Part shown: piece after piece, positions 23,259 to 35,124 of the stretch
How the letters are laid out: each line of letters opens with the position of its first letter
How positions within the stretch are numbered: position 1 is the stretch's first letter
Assembly (NCBI RefSeq): GCF_035084215.1
Contig: NC_090347.1
Coordinates: 25,606,001-25,670,000 of the forward strand
DNA: 64,000 nucleotides
Reading direction: 5' to 3'
Source of the DNA: Heptranchias perlo
Lineage: Eukaryota
Program-made: the position numbers and the translations under genes
The notes under the pieces: generated by a model
The model's input: the letters and a program-made list of their open reading frames with translations, nothing else
What the model was told of the DNA's origin: nothing
The model's database searches: none

Positions 23259-25817
23259 TGTCACCATACAAGACAGCTCATATAGATTTTGTGCGAATTT
23301 CTGGAGGATGAAATGAAAGGTTCCATTGAGACGTATACAGTGTTCACTAAATAGAGGGGGCTCCTGTCAGAACTACCCAAGTGTCATAGCCAACAGATAT
23401 TATCAGGTCAAGGTCGACCCAGGTGACAAAGAGAAGACCCATTCATTATATAATGCAAAACATTCAATGTGTGACAAGGCTGAAGCCATTCCCTATCCCA
23501 ATAATTTGATAACCACTTGAGATTTACTCTTGATGTTGACCTTTTCAGAATCCCAGTCATATTACAGATGTTGTAGCAATCTTCCTGGCAACATCAAGTT
23601 ATAAATGCTCCAAGTAATAAAGACAGCAGACATGCTAAACAGTATTTTAGTTTCAGTACACGAACAATCAATACATCAAGTGGGTTTAAAAGATTTGTCC
23701 AGGGCAATGTAATATTGACAGCTACCTGCTCTTATTTTAATTGCCTTTGATTTGAACCTATGAGAAACTATTTTTAGCACAAGCATTTCATGTTACCAAA
23801 TATTTATGCCGTTATCTTCAATTTTTAAAGTCTAAACTAGATTACATTTTTACAGAGTGCTTCTAAGTCAAAACTGTCTTTCAACTATTAACAGTATTTC
23901 AGCCCCATCACCTCGAAACAGCTTTTTCCCCCATTAGGCAAGCAATCATGTTATTAACCAATATACCATTCAGGCAGCTAGCAGACTTCCTGATATTCTG
24001 ATACATGGATTGCTTTTAACACACAACTTGCCAATCAGATAACTCAGTTCTGAGAATAACTCTCATGGTGTCAGACAAGCATCTACAAGTGTTGCAAGTA
24101 TTCCACATATCACAAACGTGAAGACATTTGTATGGAATATAAATGTGTATGACAGAATTCTGCTTCCATCACAAACAAATTAGGATTGTTTTTCAATTAG
24201 TCTCTGAGTTACAATAAAAATCAGTTAAAATCTTCTAACCAAAAAATTATAATAAACAACCTCTTTAATTAATGCTCTTAAATATAACTTAATTGATATT
24301 AATAGACAGCTTTCTGATTTAATATGTTCCCTCTCATTTAAGGAGACGCTTATTCATAATAGAATTAATTATCAATGCAGCATACAAACCTCATTTAAAT
24401 TTAGAAAGGAAACCAATATTAATACTATACATCTAAGATAGAAGTAGGAACTTTAAGGACAATGTCTCAACTGTTTGATGGGCTCCAGGTGCAGGATGCT
24501 CACTACCCACAGCTGCTTGTGCTGATTTAAAAGTTCCACTTCTACTATTAAAAGAATTATCAAGCTTAAAATAAGATTTACTTCACCACAAATTCATTTT
24601 CATACTAGATGAACAACTGTAAGAGTTGGAATACTCTTGACAAATGATTCAATTTCAGCAAAAGAAATCCAGAACTGTGGATGGCTATATTACCATCTTC
24701 AATCCAGCCATCCCATAAACTCCTTCAGACACATGCACAGTTCTTCAGCAGGAATAAGGTTAGGATATTGTGTCCATCGAGCTAACTGCCATTTTTGTTA
24801 ACATAACAGCTCTATCTTTTTGATCCCAATTCCCAAGAAAGCATCTTTCTCCCTTTTAAATACCTTAATTGATGTTGCCTCTGTAGTCTCCCAGCGCAGT
24901 GCGTTCCAACTTCATTCAAAGCAGCTCTTTCATATCCCAGTACTCAAAGTTGACTGTAAAGGCTCTGGCAACAAGACCTAAATCTGAGAATATTTCATGT
25001 ATTATTGTTTTGTTAATTCTGCATCAATTTTATTTTGCGAGCTATCCATGTCAGTCTCCGCTTCAGACTGCAGCTTCAAGGAGTCCTATTATAACCAGCA
25101 ATCCACAGGCTCATCTTGGATCTATGAATTACAGTCTGCAACCAGGCAACAGCAACTCCATTTGTGATCCTAGGCTAACTTCCTCATGACCAAGTCACTT
25201 ACCTGTCCTATCAGTCAGGGGAACCTAAATGTAGGGGAGGGGGAATGGATGATATTTTTAGTAGAACAAAAATAGCTAGATGTGATTGCTGTGCATAAAG
25301 GAGTATTGCACTCATTTATAGGGAATGACATTTATATTGGTTTGGACAGAGGAATGGAATAATTTATTGGATAGTTCAGTAAGATAAGTTTAGGAACTGC
25401 CTAATTGTCATCATTATCACAATCCTTTTATTCTTACCTAGCTTTCTCTCATAGAACATGCTGTAAAATGATTTATTTCCCTTTCTCTCTTTTTGTTTCA
25501 TCCTCACTCTCATTTAGGTGGACAGATATATGATCAACTCCTCTGACATTACCAATCGTGTGTTGCTCTGTGCCATAGTGCAAATCACAGCAATAAAAGA
25601 TTTTATATGTTATACCTTGCTGATTCAAATATTATTACTCATTGGTGCCCTGCTCCTTTAAGTCATGACAACTTAATACAGAAGTTATTGTCAATCATTG
25701 CTTAACGTGAACCTGATAAAGACGTTCCCCTGTCACAGATTCACTATAAATTCTTGTTTATGTAACTCTTCCTTAAACAGGAGGAGGTGTAAAACCGAGG
25801 CCTTGTCCAGCCTGGTA

Positions 25818-26397
25818 GATAAAACACTGGTTAGGCCACAGCTGGAGTACTGTGTGCAGTTCTGGTCGCCACACTACAGGAAGGATGTGATCGCTTTGGA
25901 GAGGGTGCAGAGGAGATTCACCAGGATGTTACCAGGGCTGGAGCGCTTCAGCTATGAAGAGAGACTGGGAAGATTGGGTTTGTTTTCCTTGGAGCAGAGG
26001 AGGCTGAGGGGGGACATGATTGAGGTGTACAAAATTATGAGGGGCACAGATGGGATGGATACTAAGGAGCTTTTTCCCTTCGTTGAGGGTTCTATAACAA
26101 GGGGACATAGATTCAAGGTAAAAGGCGGGAGGTTTAGAGGGGATTTGAGAAAGAACTTTTTCACCCAGAGGGTGGTTGGAGTCTGGAACTCACTGCCTGA
26201 AAGGGTTGTGGAGGCAGGAACCCTCACAACATTCAAGAAGCATTTGGATGAGCACTTGAAATGCCATAGCATACAAGGCTATGGACCAAATGCTGGAATA
26301 TGGGATTAGAGTAGACAGGGCTGATGGCCGGCGTGGACACGATGGGCCGAAGGGCCTCTATCCGTGCTGTATGACTCTATGACTCTATGACTCTATG
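25818..26397 (+). mobile_element. CR1 LINE 3' fragment with an open frame
   Basis: LVRPQLEYCVQFWSPHYRKDVIALERVQRRFTRMLPG...; (ctatgact)n tail. Confidence 0.95.
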
Positions 26398-26399
26398 AG

Positions 26400-26660
26400 A
26401 TGTAAAAGATCTTATGGTATGATTCAAAGAAGAGTAGAGAGATTCTGTGGTGTCCTGGACAGCATTCCCCTGTCAATTAACACCACTGAAAACAAGTCAT
26501 TCATCTCATTTGCTGTTTCTGGGATCTTACTATGCACAATTGGCTACATAATAACATAACGACAATGACTGGTGTTGTGCAAAAGTAATTCATTGGTTGT
26601 GATGCACCTTAGAACACCCTGAAGGATGTGATGAGATGTTATATAAATAAAACTTCTTTC
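26400..26660 (+). mobile_element. Deu-domain-type SINE fragment
   Basis: gatgtaaaagatc..atggtatgattcaaagaagag...tatataaat tail. Confidence 0.65.
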
Positions 26661-26959
26661 TAAACACATTTAAATAACAGAATTTTGTGTATTGAATTTG
26701 ATATTTTGTTTTAATTCCAGCAATGGAAGCTGTTTTCTCACATTGAAGAAAGTCTAAATGTTCCTTTACAAAAAAAAAACACTAGATGGAGTGCAAGCCC
26801 AATTCAGCCATTTCATTAGCTGAAATGAAGTCTATCAATATAAAAGAAAAACAGACAATTTTAGTTCTCAAATGTTAACTTTCCTACTGAAAATAATCTT
26901 TATCGTGTTCTTTCTACAAGTATTTTTGCTTGAAGAGAAAAATTAAGGTTTGCCACCTT

Positions 26960-27440
26960 TTGATACTCCAGGGAGTCTCACTCTGCAACACTGTGGAGTC
27001 ACCGCAGATCCGAAATCGGAATTAGGAGCTGAGTTGAAACAAGTCAGGGCAGTCCCACAGAGCTGGACAATAGAGGAGAGGCACTGGAGGAGGATGGTAT
27101 GGTTGACTGTGTCGAAGACTGCAGAGAGGTCAAGAAGGAAGAATAATGTACCACGGTCGCAGTCACAGACAATGCCAGTTGTAATTTTGGTTAGGGCCAT
27201 TTTGATGCAGTGGAGGGGTGGAATGATTCAAACAGGAAATTTCAGAAATGATGTCCACAGAGCTGGGAGGTGACAATGCTTTCAAAGATCTGGAGAGAAT
27301 AGGGGGGCAGTGTCTTAATTAAAAATAGATTGCTGAAGAGAGGTAAATATTTACAGTGTTTACCAAAATGGGGCAGGCAGGAAGATTGGGTGGACAGGAG
27401 TTTAGTGGGAATGGAGTAAAGCTCTCAGCTGGAATTAATT
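26960..27440 (-). mobile_element. L2-type LINE RT fragment
   Basis: LLDLSAVFDTVNHTILLQCL in ORF 26943-27200. Confidence 0.75.
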
Positions 27441-27590
27441 TGGATAGGGCAGGGGGAGGACATGAGGGAGAAAGTTTGTGCTGAATTAGCTGATGTCAAC
27501 CGGGGTAGGGGTGGGCAGACCACAACTGACCTCAGCACCCCTGCATTATTGTGGTGAGAATTGGCTAAGACTAATGCTGGAAGTGCATAA

Positions 27591-28196
27591 GAGGTAGATT
27601 TTAACCACTGAGCAGTCGACCGGCGGAGTACGCTAGCCATCCACCTGTTCTGCCAGTAAAGAGGATGGAACCATTTTAAGGCACTGGCCCTCATTTAAAT
27701 AGAACCAGTGAGCTGCGGGGCCAAGGGGGTGTCCCGATGCAGCTCACTGGATTTGGACCTGTGTATTATCAGGTGGTCTGGCAGGCAGCAAGGTAAGCCC
27801 TGGAAGGGTATCAATCATGAGGGGCGGGGGGATGCGGAGAGAGAGAAGCTCGGTTTGGCAGCAGCCCAGATTATTTTTGTGCAGCCTAGAAGAGCACTCC
27901 TGCTACTCCTTACCCCACAAAAATTAAAAACGTAACCTTTTTCAGACCTCTTCACCTGTACCGTACGTGCACGCGCATGTGCAAGCTCCAACCAGTTCAG
28001 TCCTAAAATGGTAATCGGGGTCCTATGCACACCATAGGACCCCAATTTTCATCTTAAAGGGGGCCAATTGCCTGTAATAGGCAGACACCTCGACAACCCA
28101 GCGGTAGGCCAAAGCATTGGTGTTAATGTGGCGCTGACTACAAATCCCATTTTGAGGCCATTACAGACCCAGTAACGTCAAGTTAAAATTGGCCCA
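27591..28196. mobile_element. Non-autonomous DNA transposon (Harbinger-like MITE), old
   Basis: Inverted ends ggtagattttaac / gttaaaattggcc; GC-rich non-coding interior similar to the fragment at 1-300. Confidence 0.5.
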
Positions 28197-28413
28197 TATG
28201 TGTCAGGCTTGGTTGTAAAACTGCCCATTGTTAAATAGCCTGCTAACAGCCATTGTCAAGACTGACATATGAATAATAGGGAATGTTGGCAAGTTATCAG
28301 AGATAGATGAACACCCATGGAGCAATAACGCAACAAGGAGTCAATGTCTTCTCGAGAGGAAAGGGTAGAATATATTAAATGGAAAGCTATTAACAACATA
28401 CAAGTGACATTAT

Positions 28414-28860
28414 CATAGAATCATAGTAGAATACAGCACAGGAGGCCATTCGGCCCATCGTGCTTGTGCTGGCTCTTTGATAGAGTCATAGAGTCATAGA
28501 GTTATACAGCACGGATGGAGGCCCTTCGGCCCATCGTGTCCGCGCCGGCCATCAGCCCTGTCTACTCTAATCCCATCCAATTAGTTCCACTCCCCTGCTC
28601 TTTTCCCATAGCCCTGTAAATTTTTTCCCTTCAAGTATTTATCCAATTCCCTTTTGAAAGTCATTATTGAATCTGCTTCTAGCACCCTGTCAGGCAGTGC
28701 ATTCCAAATCATAACTCTCTGCATAAAAAAATAATTCCTCATATCGCTTCTGGTCCTTTTGCCAATCACCTTAAATCTGTGTCCTCTGGTTACCGACCCT
28801 TCTGCCACGAGGAACAGTTTCTCCTTATTTACAATATCAAAACCCTTCATGATTTTGAAC
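28414..28860 (-). mobile_element. CR1 3' part, with a second CR1 tail nested at ~28484-28577; host of element 2
   Basis: FKIMKGFD...TRGHRFKV...; breaks at gattttgaac where the LTR begins; homologous to 56528-56892. Confidence 0.9.
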
Positions 28861-29484
28861 TGTGGAAATGGAAGAAGTAGTGTAAAACTGAAATAAAATG
28901 AAGGAGTCACCATGTGTAAGGGATAGTGGATAAATAATGCAGAGGTTCAGTAATGTTCTGAAACAGAGGGCTCATAGGTAACCTCGTCAGACATGGGTGA
29001 GGTCACTACAGAGGCCAATTAACAAACAATGGGTCAATGAATGAAGTAAGATGGGACAGGTTGTAGAATAGGATAAACTAATCATCAGGGCGCAGGAAAA
29101 GGGAACAAATGTGTAATCAAGGAGATGGGACAGATTATAGTATAGTATAAACCAGGAGGAAAAACCCCAGATAGCAGCGAGAACCTAAGAGCAACACTCA
29201 ACAGCAGGGACCTGGGGACAGAAACCCTACGTAGAGGTTTGGACAGAGATTGACCACCTCGGACCAAATCGGGCAATATCAATATAAGTTGCGAGTCTTA
29301 TATTTTGGAATTGTACTTTAAACTACGAACGGTGTTTGTTAAGCATTTATTAAAGATAAATTTTTGTACGTGAAATCTGTTGCCGGTGTGTTTGTTCAGC
29401 CCAAACTGACATTTGAACCCTAAAAGGAAAGGTTGCTAACCTATTTGTTCGATCTTTCGAACATCTAGTGAAATCGGAGCAACA
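28861..29484 (+). repeat. 5' LTR of element 2 (~624 bp)
   Basis: Begins TG at the CR1 breakpoint, ends CA 2 nt before the PBS; TATAAAA near 29145, ATTAAA near 29349. Confidence 0.75.
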
Positions 29485-29486
29485 AT

Positions 29487-29505
29487 TGGCACCCCCAGAT
29501 GGGAC
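29487..29505 (+). promoter_or_regulatory. Primer-binding site, tRNA-Arg(CCU) type
   Basis: TGGCACCCCCAGATGGGAC is the complement of the tRNA-Arg-CCT 3' end (TGGCACCCCAGATGGGAC) with one extra C. Confidence 0.8.
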
Positions 29506-29564
29506 TTGAGAACTTTGGTTTGGACAAAATATATCACAGTAAGGGGCTGAACAAGCGACAGACA

Positions 29565-29660
29565 GTATCTGTCAGAGTCGGATAAGGAATATCCGTTAGA
29601 GTCGGATAGGGAATATCCGTTAGAGTCGGATAAGGAATATCTGTTAGAGTTGGATAAGGT
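29565..29660 (+). repeat. 4 x 24-bp tandem repeat in the proviral leader
   Basis: (atatccgttagagtcggataagga)x4 with minor variants; unit contains TATCCG-7 nt-CGGATA inverted repeat. Confidence 0.95.
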
Positions 29661-29685
29661 TTTAAAGCAGTAACTATGGTGGAAC

Positions 29686-31377
29686 ATGACACGTCTAAAG
29701 GGGAGACCTCCCAGGATTGGGAAGAACAGTTGAACCAGTTAATGGTAGGAAAATATTAGGACTGGGCGGTGACGATCGCCAGTCCAAATTTCAAAGGAGG
29801 TCAGACCTTCTTTGAGCACAATAATACAAAGGGAAAAATGAAACAAAAAAAATTTAAATATTTTCTGATGGCAGCCTGTTACTCCGAATTAATGAGCGAG
29901 CGAGCATTAACACACAGTCAGGGTCAGACCCAAAACCAATTGCAGTTTGATTTAGACAAGCTCCGGAATCAGGTTAAAAATTTGCAAAAAGAAAATGAGG
30001 AATTTCGTAGTGATAAAAGATTGCACACTCTCCATATGGCCTCTATTATGACTGCAGTCGAAGCAAGTAATCAAAAATTACACCGAATGCAGGAGCAACT
30101 AGATGAGTCCACAAGGGACCGCTGTGCCCTAGAGGAAAAATCAGCCCTCAAGATCATACAACAGTCTCACCAGCGGGAAAAATACGATAAAACGGATCAT
30201 ACCCACTGTCGTCAAGAAATAGAAGTATTAAAGTCACAATTATGCTCACACAGAGGCATAATATGCTCTTTCTCCAACGGAGGCGGAGAGGGTATCGACT
30301 ACTTAAGTCTGGCCGAGACGGCCCAGAACTATGAGAGGGACCGATCAGGAGAAGGGGACTACGGCCCCCCTGACCCGTCATGGTACGATCCCCCGCCACC
30401 CTATTGAAACAATAAAGGTCCTACTGCCCCACAGGATGGGCTTGCTGCCCCAGAGGAGCCGCCACCCCCACTACCCATGAACCCTATGGTCACTGTTCAG
30501 ACACAGGAAAGGATCGACGGTTAAGCAGTAGACGCTGTGCCCAACGGACCCATCAATTATGCCACCCCTTTTACTCTCTCCCAATTGAATGATATTGCCA
30601 AAAACGTACCCAAGTTCAATGGCAAGATTAATTTTGAATTATGGAAGGCCTCTGAGACTCAGGGACTAGATGAGGGAGAGCTGAGGAAACTAGTGACTTT
30701 GTGTTTGGGACCTGTTATATTCGGGGCCATGCCCCAAACCCAGAGAACAGGGCAGGGTACCATAGTTAAAATTGTGGATCGCCATTAAGGAGGTGGCAGG
30801 AGTTAACAGCAAGGATCCCGTTATGGAACTAGCAAACTTTAAACAGGGTGACGAAGAACACCCCCACGCTTATGCGGAATGCTTGTGGGTGATTTTCTGT
30901 AACCTGATGGGAACATTGAACTGCGACAATCTGGATGATGGTCCTCATGCCACCTGGTTTAAGTCCCTCATTTCCCATGCCTCCGATTCCGGTAAAAGGG
31001 CATGTAAGCTCTTCGACCCTACCGACGACACTCATAATGAGGCCTGGATTTTAAGGTGTATGACCAGGGCTTGGCAGGACGATCAAAATCAATCCTCTCT
31101 CCAACCAAAAGATAAAATCCACGCTTTCCGCTCAGGCCCAGATAGAAATGACCCGCCAGCGTGGAGGACTGAGGGATCTCCAAGGTATTCGGTAGCAAAC
31201 CAGGGAGATAGGGGATATGGACCACTAAGGGGACCCTGTTATAACTGCGGAAAGATGGGACATTGGCAAAGGGAGTGTCAGGCGCCAAAAAGTAACCGGT
31301 CTGGCGCTGTGGGATGCTCCGGGCGAATGGCACCCTTCCATGAGCAACCGGCACTCGAGCCCGGGGGCCAACAATGA
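29686..31377 (+). pseudogene. gag: gag of element 2 (coiled coil, PPPY, capsid with MHR-like motif, one CCHC knuckle); start uncertain, stops and frameshifts present
   Basis: ORFs 29769-30407, 30537-30788, 30772-31377; DPPPPY; FKQGDEEHPHAYAECL; CYNCGKMGHWQREC at 31237-31278. Confidence 0.88.
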
Positions 31378-32947
31378 CGGGGTCCAACCTCAGAGGTCGT
31401 GTGCAAGGCAGGATGTGACAATCATGGACGGCCTAGAGTCTCAGGTGTCGTAAGAGGTCGCGATACCACATTTTTATGGGACACAGGCGGATCCAGAACA
31501 TGTCTGGGAAACCAGCACCCTCTCTCGCCCAACGACTTAACTAATCAAGAAATTCTCCTTTGTGGCTTCACCAGTCATGGGCAGACCGCTACAATCACTA
31601 AGCCATTGGAGATTCAATTGGGAAGTTTCAAACTTAAGCATGCCTGCCAGTCAGTGCCACAGATGCAGGCGGAATCGGCAATAATTGGTATTGATTTCAT
31701 GAGAATATATAATTTGGCTTATGACCCAGCAAAGCGATGTATTTGGAGAACGTGCAAAACTTGTTTTGACGGGTTAATACCCACGGGGACGTATGACGCG
31801 TGCGTATGCTGCATGAAAACTTTTACTTTTGTTCCTTCTGCCACAACAGACGACCCGGAAATACAAGATATTTTAATCCAAAACTCAAATGTTTTTGCCA
31901 CCCACAAACACGAGTGTGGCCGGATGGCCGGACCGGTCTCAATCATGGGACCCGAACCCCCGCCCCAGAAGCAGTATAAAATTCCCGTAGAGGCAGAAAA
32001 GGACTTAGACAATAATATTCACAGTCTCTTGAATCAAGGCGTGCTCCGACCCATTGCTTCTACCAATAACTCACCCATTTGGCCTGTTCAAAAACCCGAT
32101 AAGTCCTGGAGAATGACTATAGATTACCGAGCCTTCTGTGGCACCCACTGTTGCCACTGCCCCAGAGACCACTTCAAAACTTTCCCCAACTGCAAAAATC
32201 TTTACTGTCCTGGACATCAGTAATGGATTTTGGTCCATACCCTTAACAAAAGAATGCCAGTACAAATTTGCTTTTACTCACAAGGGACAGCAGTACACTT
32301 GGACCCGGTTGCCTCAAGGTTTCCACAACAGCCGCTCAATATTCTCAAACATACTGGCAAATAGTTTGAAGGGATTTTCCCAGCCCTCAGCACTCGTTCA
32401 GTATGTTGATGATATCCTCCTCCAAACTGACACCATGGAGGAACATAAGGTCCTGTTACAGGAACTATTTAAAACCCTCCACAAGATTGGGGTAAAGGTG
32501 AACCCTAAAAAGGTGCAGATTGCAAAACCCTTTGGGAAAATGGGCTCCTTCCATATGCACCATGTCATGTTGGACGTGGGGGAGGACGATACTGAAGGCC
32601 CAGCCACCGCTGGCCTCCCTGTGCCAAGGGCTCTCGAACCAGCAAACATAAATAGGTCTGGCTCAGACCCAGAAAAGTCGGAGGGGGAAACGGGGTCCAG
32701 CACTGAATTGGGATCTGATCAATTGGGATCCGACTCTGACGATCTGACTGAAGACCTTGCCCAGGGATTACAGAGGTTGTTTTTGGAATCTCCTAGGGTG
32801 GCCCCTCGAACCCCGTCTTTAATCCGACCTGTCAACTGGACTAGAAACCATTCTCTACCCCCGCCCAGTCCAGGACAACCCAAACGATTGCATCGAGCAT
32901 CAGAAAATAAGAGCAGTTGCTACCCTGATCTTTATTTTTCTTTCTAG
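31378..32947 (+). pseudogene. pol: pro-pol of element 2: aspartic protease + reverse transcriptase; RNase H and most of integrase deleted near 32530
   Basis: FLWDTGG (D at 31480), IIGIDFM; NSPIWPVQKPDKSWRMTIDYR, LDISNGFW, LPQGFHNS, YVDD (32402-32413); one frameshift near 32135. Confidence 0.95.
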
Positions 32948-32964
32948 GTAACTGATTATTGCTC

Positions 32965-35110
32965 ATGGAAATCCCAGTAGCCACCCTTCTGGGGTACTGT
33001 GGTCTGGTGTTTGGCTGTATCATCCTCGCTGAGAACTCAGATGTAACTGTTATCGCAGATGGACGGAACAGTCAGAACTGTGCCCAAGACAACAATGCAG
33101 GTTTCCATGCACCTACCAATGGCAACAATGAGTGCAGTTGTAGCAGCCAAGGAAAAACCTGCTATGAGACGGCAACTGAAACTCAACTGAACTTTGTATG
33201 TATTGCTTGTACGGGAAAAGATGTTAAGGCTATAGTATGGATAGCTATGCAGAACACAGGGGACACCCACAGGGTTCTATCGGGGGGCAACTCCTGTTGG
33301 TTCAGAGCATGAGATGAATTGTACTAAGATAGATAAACAACTGTGTTGCAACATAAGCAAGACAAGCACCTCCTTACAGATTATGGTTGGATGTAGCAGC
33401 AATTCAACTGTAAGAAACCTAATCAGTAATCCACGAAAGAGCTTAAAACCAACGTGCTTGTGTAAACACCAAGGAAAGCTAGTGGTTCAGGTGTTACAGA
33501 CACCTACTACCCCCGAGTCAACTACCCCACTCATTGTTCAGACCACCACCCCGATCCCTACGACCCTGGTTCCAGTTTGGGACTGCTCCGAACACGAACC
33601 GGGACCCAAGGGAGGAGTAATATTAAGAAACACGACCAAAATCGTTTCTGATAATATACAATATGAATTAATACCTATAGTACTGAATATAATCGATGTA
33701 CAATTACCTGATTGGTGCCCGGAGGGAACCAAAAGATTGTATCAGGACTTGACTTCGATGTTGCTCAAGGGAGAGATACGAGGGAAGCAGGGAAATGAAA
33801 CAAGGACAGCTAGGAAAAGGAGGAAGAGAGGGTTACTGAATGATGCAGGGACAGTCTATGGAGCAGGAATGGTCACTGTAAATACTCCAGATATAACTAA
33901 TTTGAACTCCAAGATTAAAATCTTAACCCAGCAAGTCAAAACGTTATTGGAGGAACTGTATAATAATCTAAGACAAGAGTCACAGGCAGGACAGGAAAGT
34001 ATAGGGATCCAAACACAACAGGTGAAGGTCTGAGAAGGACATGCACGGACTATTAATCAACTTATTAACACAGCCAAAAAGGCGGCGAACGGAACCCAAC
34101 AACAAACACTGTGCATGACATATGGCAATTGGATGCTGGACCAGCTGAGAGAAAACTTAATGCTGGCAAAATGTGAAGAAGCACCCATTTGGATCAACAA
34201 TACTGAAATCCGGGGTCTGATAAAGCAGAATGTTCCTGCTACTATCAGTGACTGTGAACTACTGAAACTCAGCAGGGTATGGTTCAACGAGGAATGTACG
34301 GGCTCCCGTGGAAGTACTGCTGTAGGGATGGTGATAGGAGTCCCCATGATAGGACACCAGGAAGGAATGCCATTATTGAGGTCCAAACCATAAGCACTAT
34401 ACAAAAAGGAGTGTGGGTGGCCGTGGCAAGAATGAGGCCATATGCTGTGAAGCAGAACGGTACTCTAGTGGGAACTGCATTGGGACAATGTGCCACTACG
34501 GAAAGAACAGTAATATGCCCATACAAAATTTACCCAACCCGCACCGCGCGATGCGGATTTAAGGGAAATACGTCCATGAATTGCTCCTTGATCATGGAGA
34601 ACGCGATTCACAAACCTATCACTCGAAGCGCTTATATGGGTGATGGAACATATTGTTTTACCACCACCGAAGTTAGTTACCGTTATGGGAATAAGGACTG
34701 CCCTATCCAAAACCCAACCTTCTGCACGCACCCCCTGATACCGGTGAGAATAGGAAATGAAGAAATTATCAACATCCAGAGGCATGCAACTGTTAATCTT
34801 AATATGTCAGTAGACCTGAAGAATCGCTTGACAAAATATTTCACAAAAATCGACATCAACATCCAGCTAGAGGAGGAACATATAACGGAAATTAGACATA
34901 AGCTTGATCTTGTTCATAAGATCTACGAAAGGGTGGAAATGAATACCCAGGACATTGACCAAAAGATTAAACAAATCAAAATCAATACTTGGTGGGGCGA
35001 CCTTTGGAATTGGGGCGAAAATGTCAACATACACCCCTGGGTGAGACTCGTGTCCCACCTGATTGTAATTACGATCATGCTGGTGTTGACTTTCATTATT
35101 AGCGAAGTGC
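32965..35110 (+). pseudogene. env: env of element 2: F-like class I fusion glycoprotein with N-terminal Cys-rich and Thr/Pro-rich extension
   Basis: Signal peptide MEIPVATLLGYCGLVFGCIILA, RKRRKR furin site (33812-33829), fusion peptide GLLNDAGTVYGAGMVTVN, heptads, Cys-rich block, WWGDLWNW, TM; lesions near 33310, 34031 and 34370. Confidence 0.85.
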
Positions 35111-35124
35111 CAATGAAGTGCCAA

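Larger units (their letters stand above)
28861..35110 (+). mobile_element. Endogenous retrovirus-like element 2 (lokiretrovirus-like): 5' LTR-PBS-gag-pro-RT-(RH/IN deleted)-env; 3' LTR lost
   Basis: All modules recognisable in retroviral order; flanked by two minus-strand CR1 parts that are colinear with the intact CR1 at 56528-60360. Confidence 0.9.

Noticed and set aside
29565-29660. Palindromic 24-bp repeats resembling a CRISPR array
   Set aside because: Units are directly adjacent with no unique spacers, no cas genes, vertebrate context
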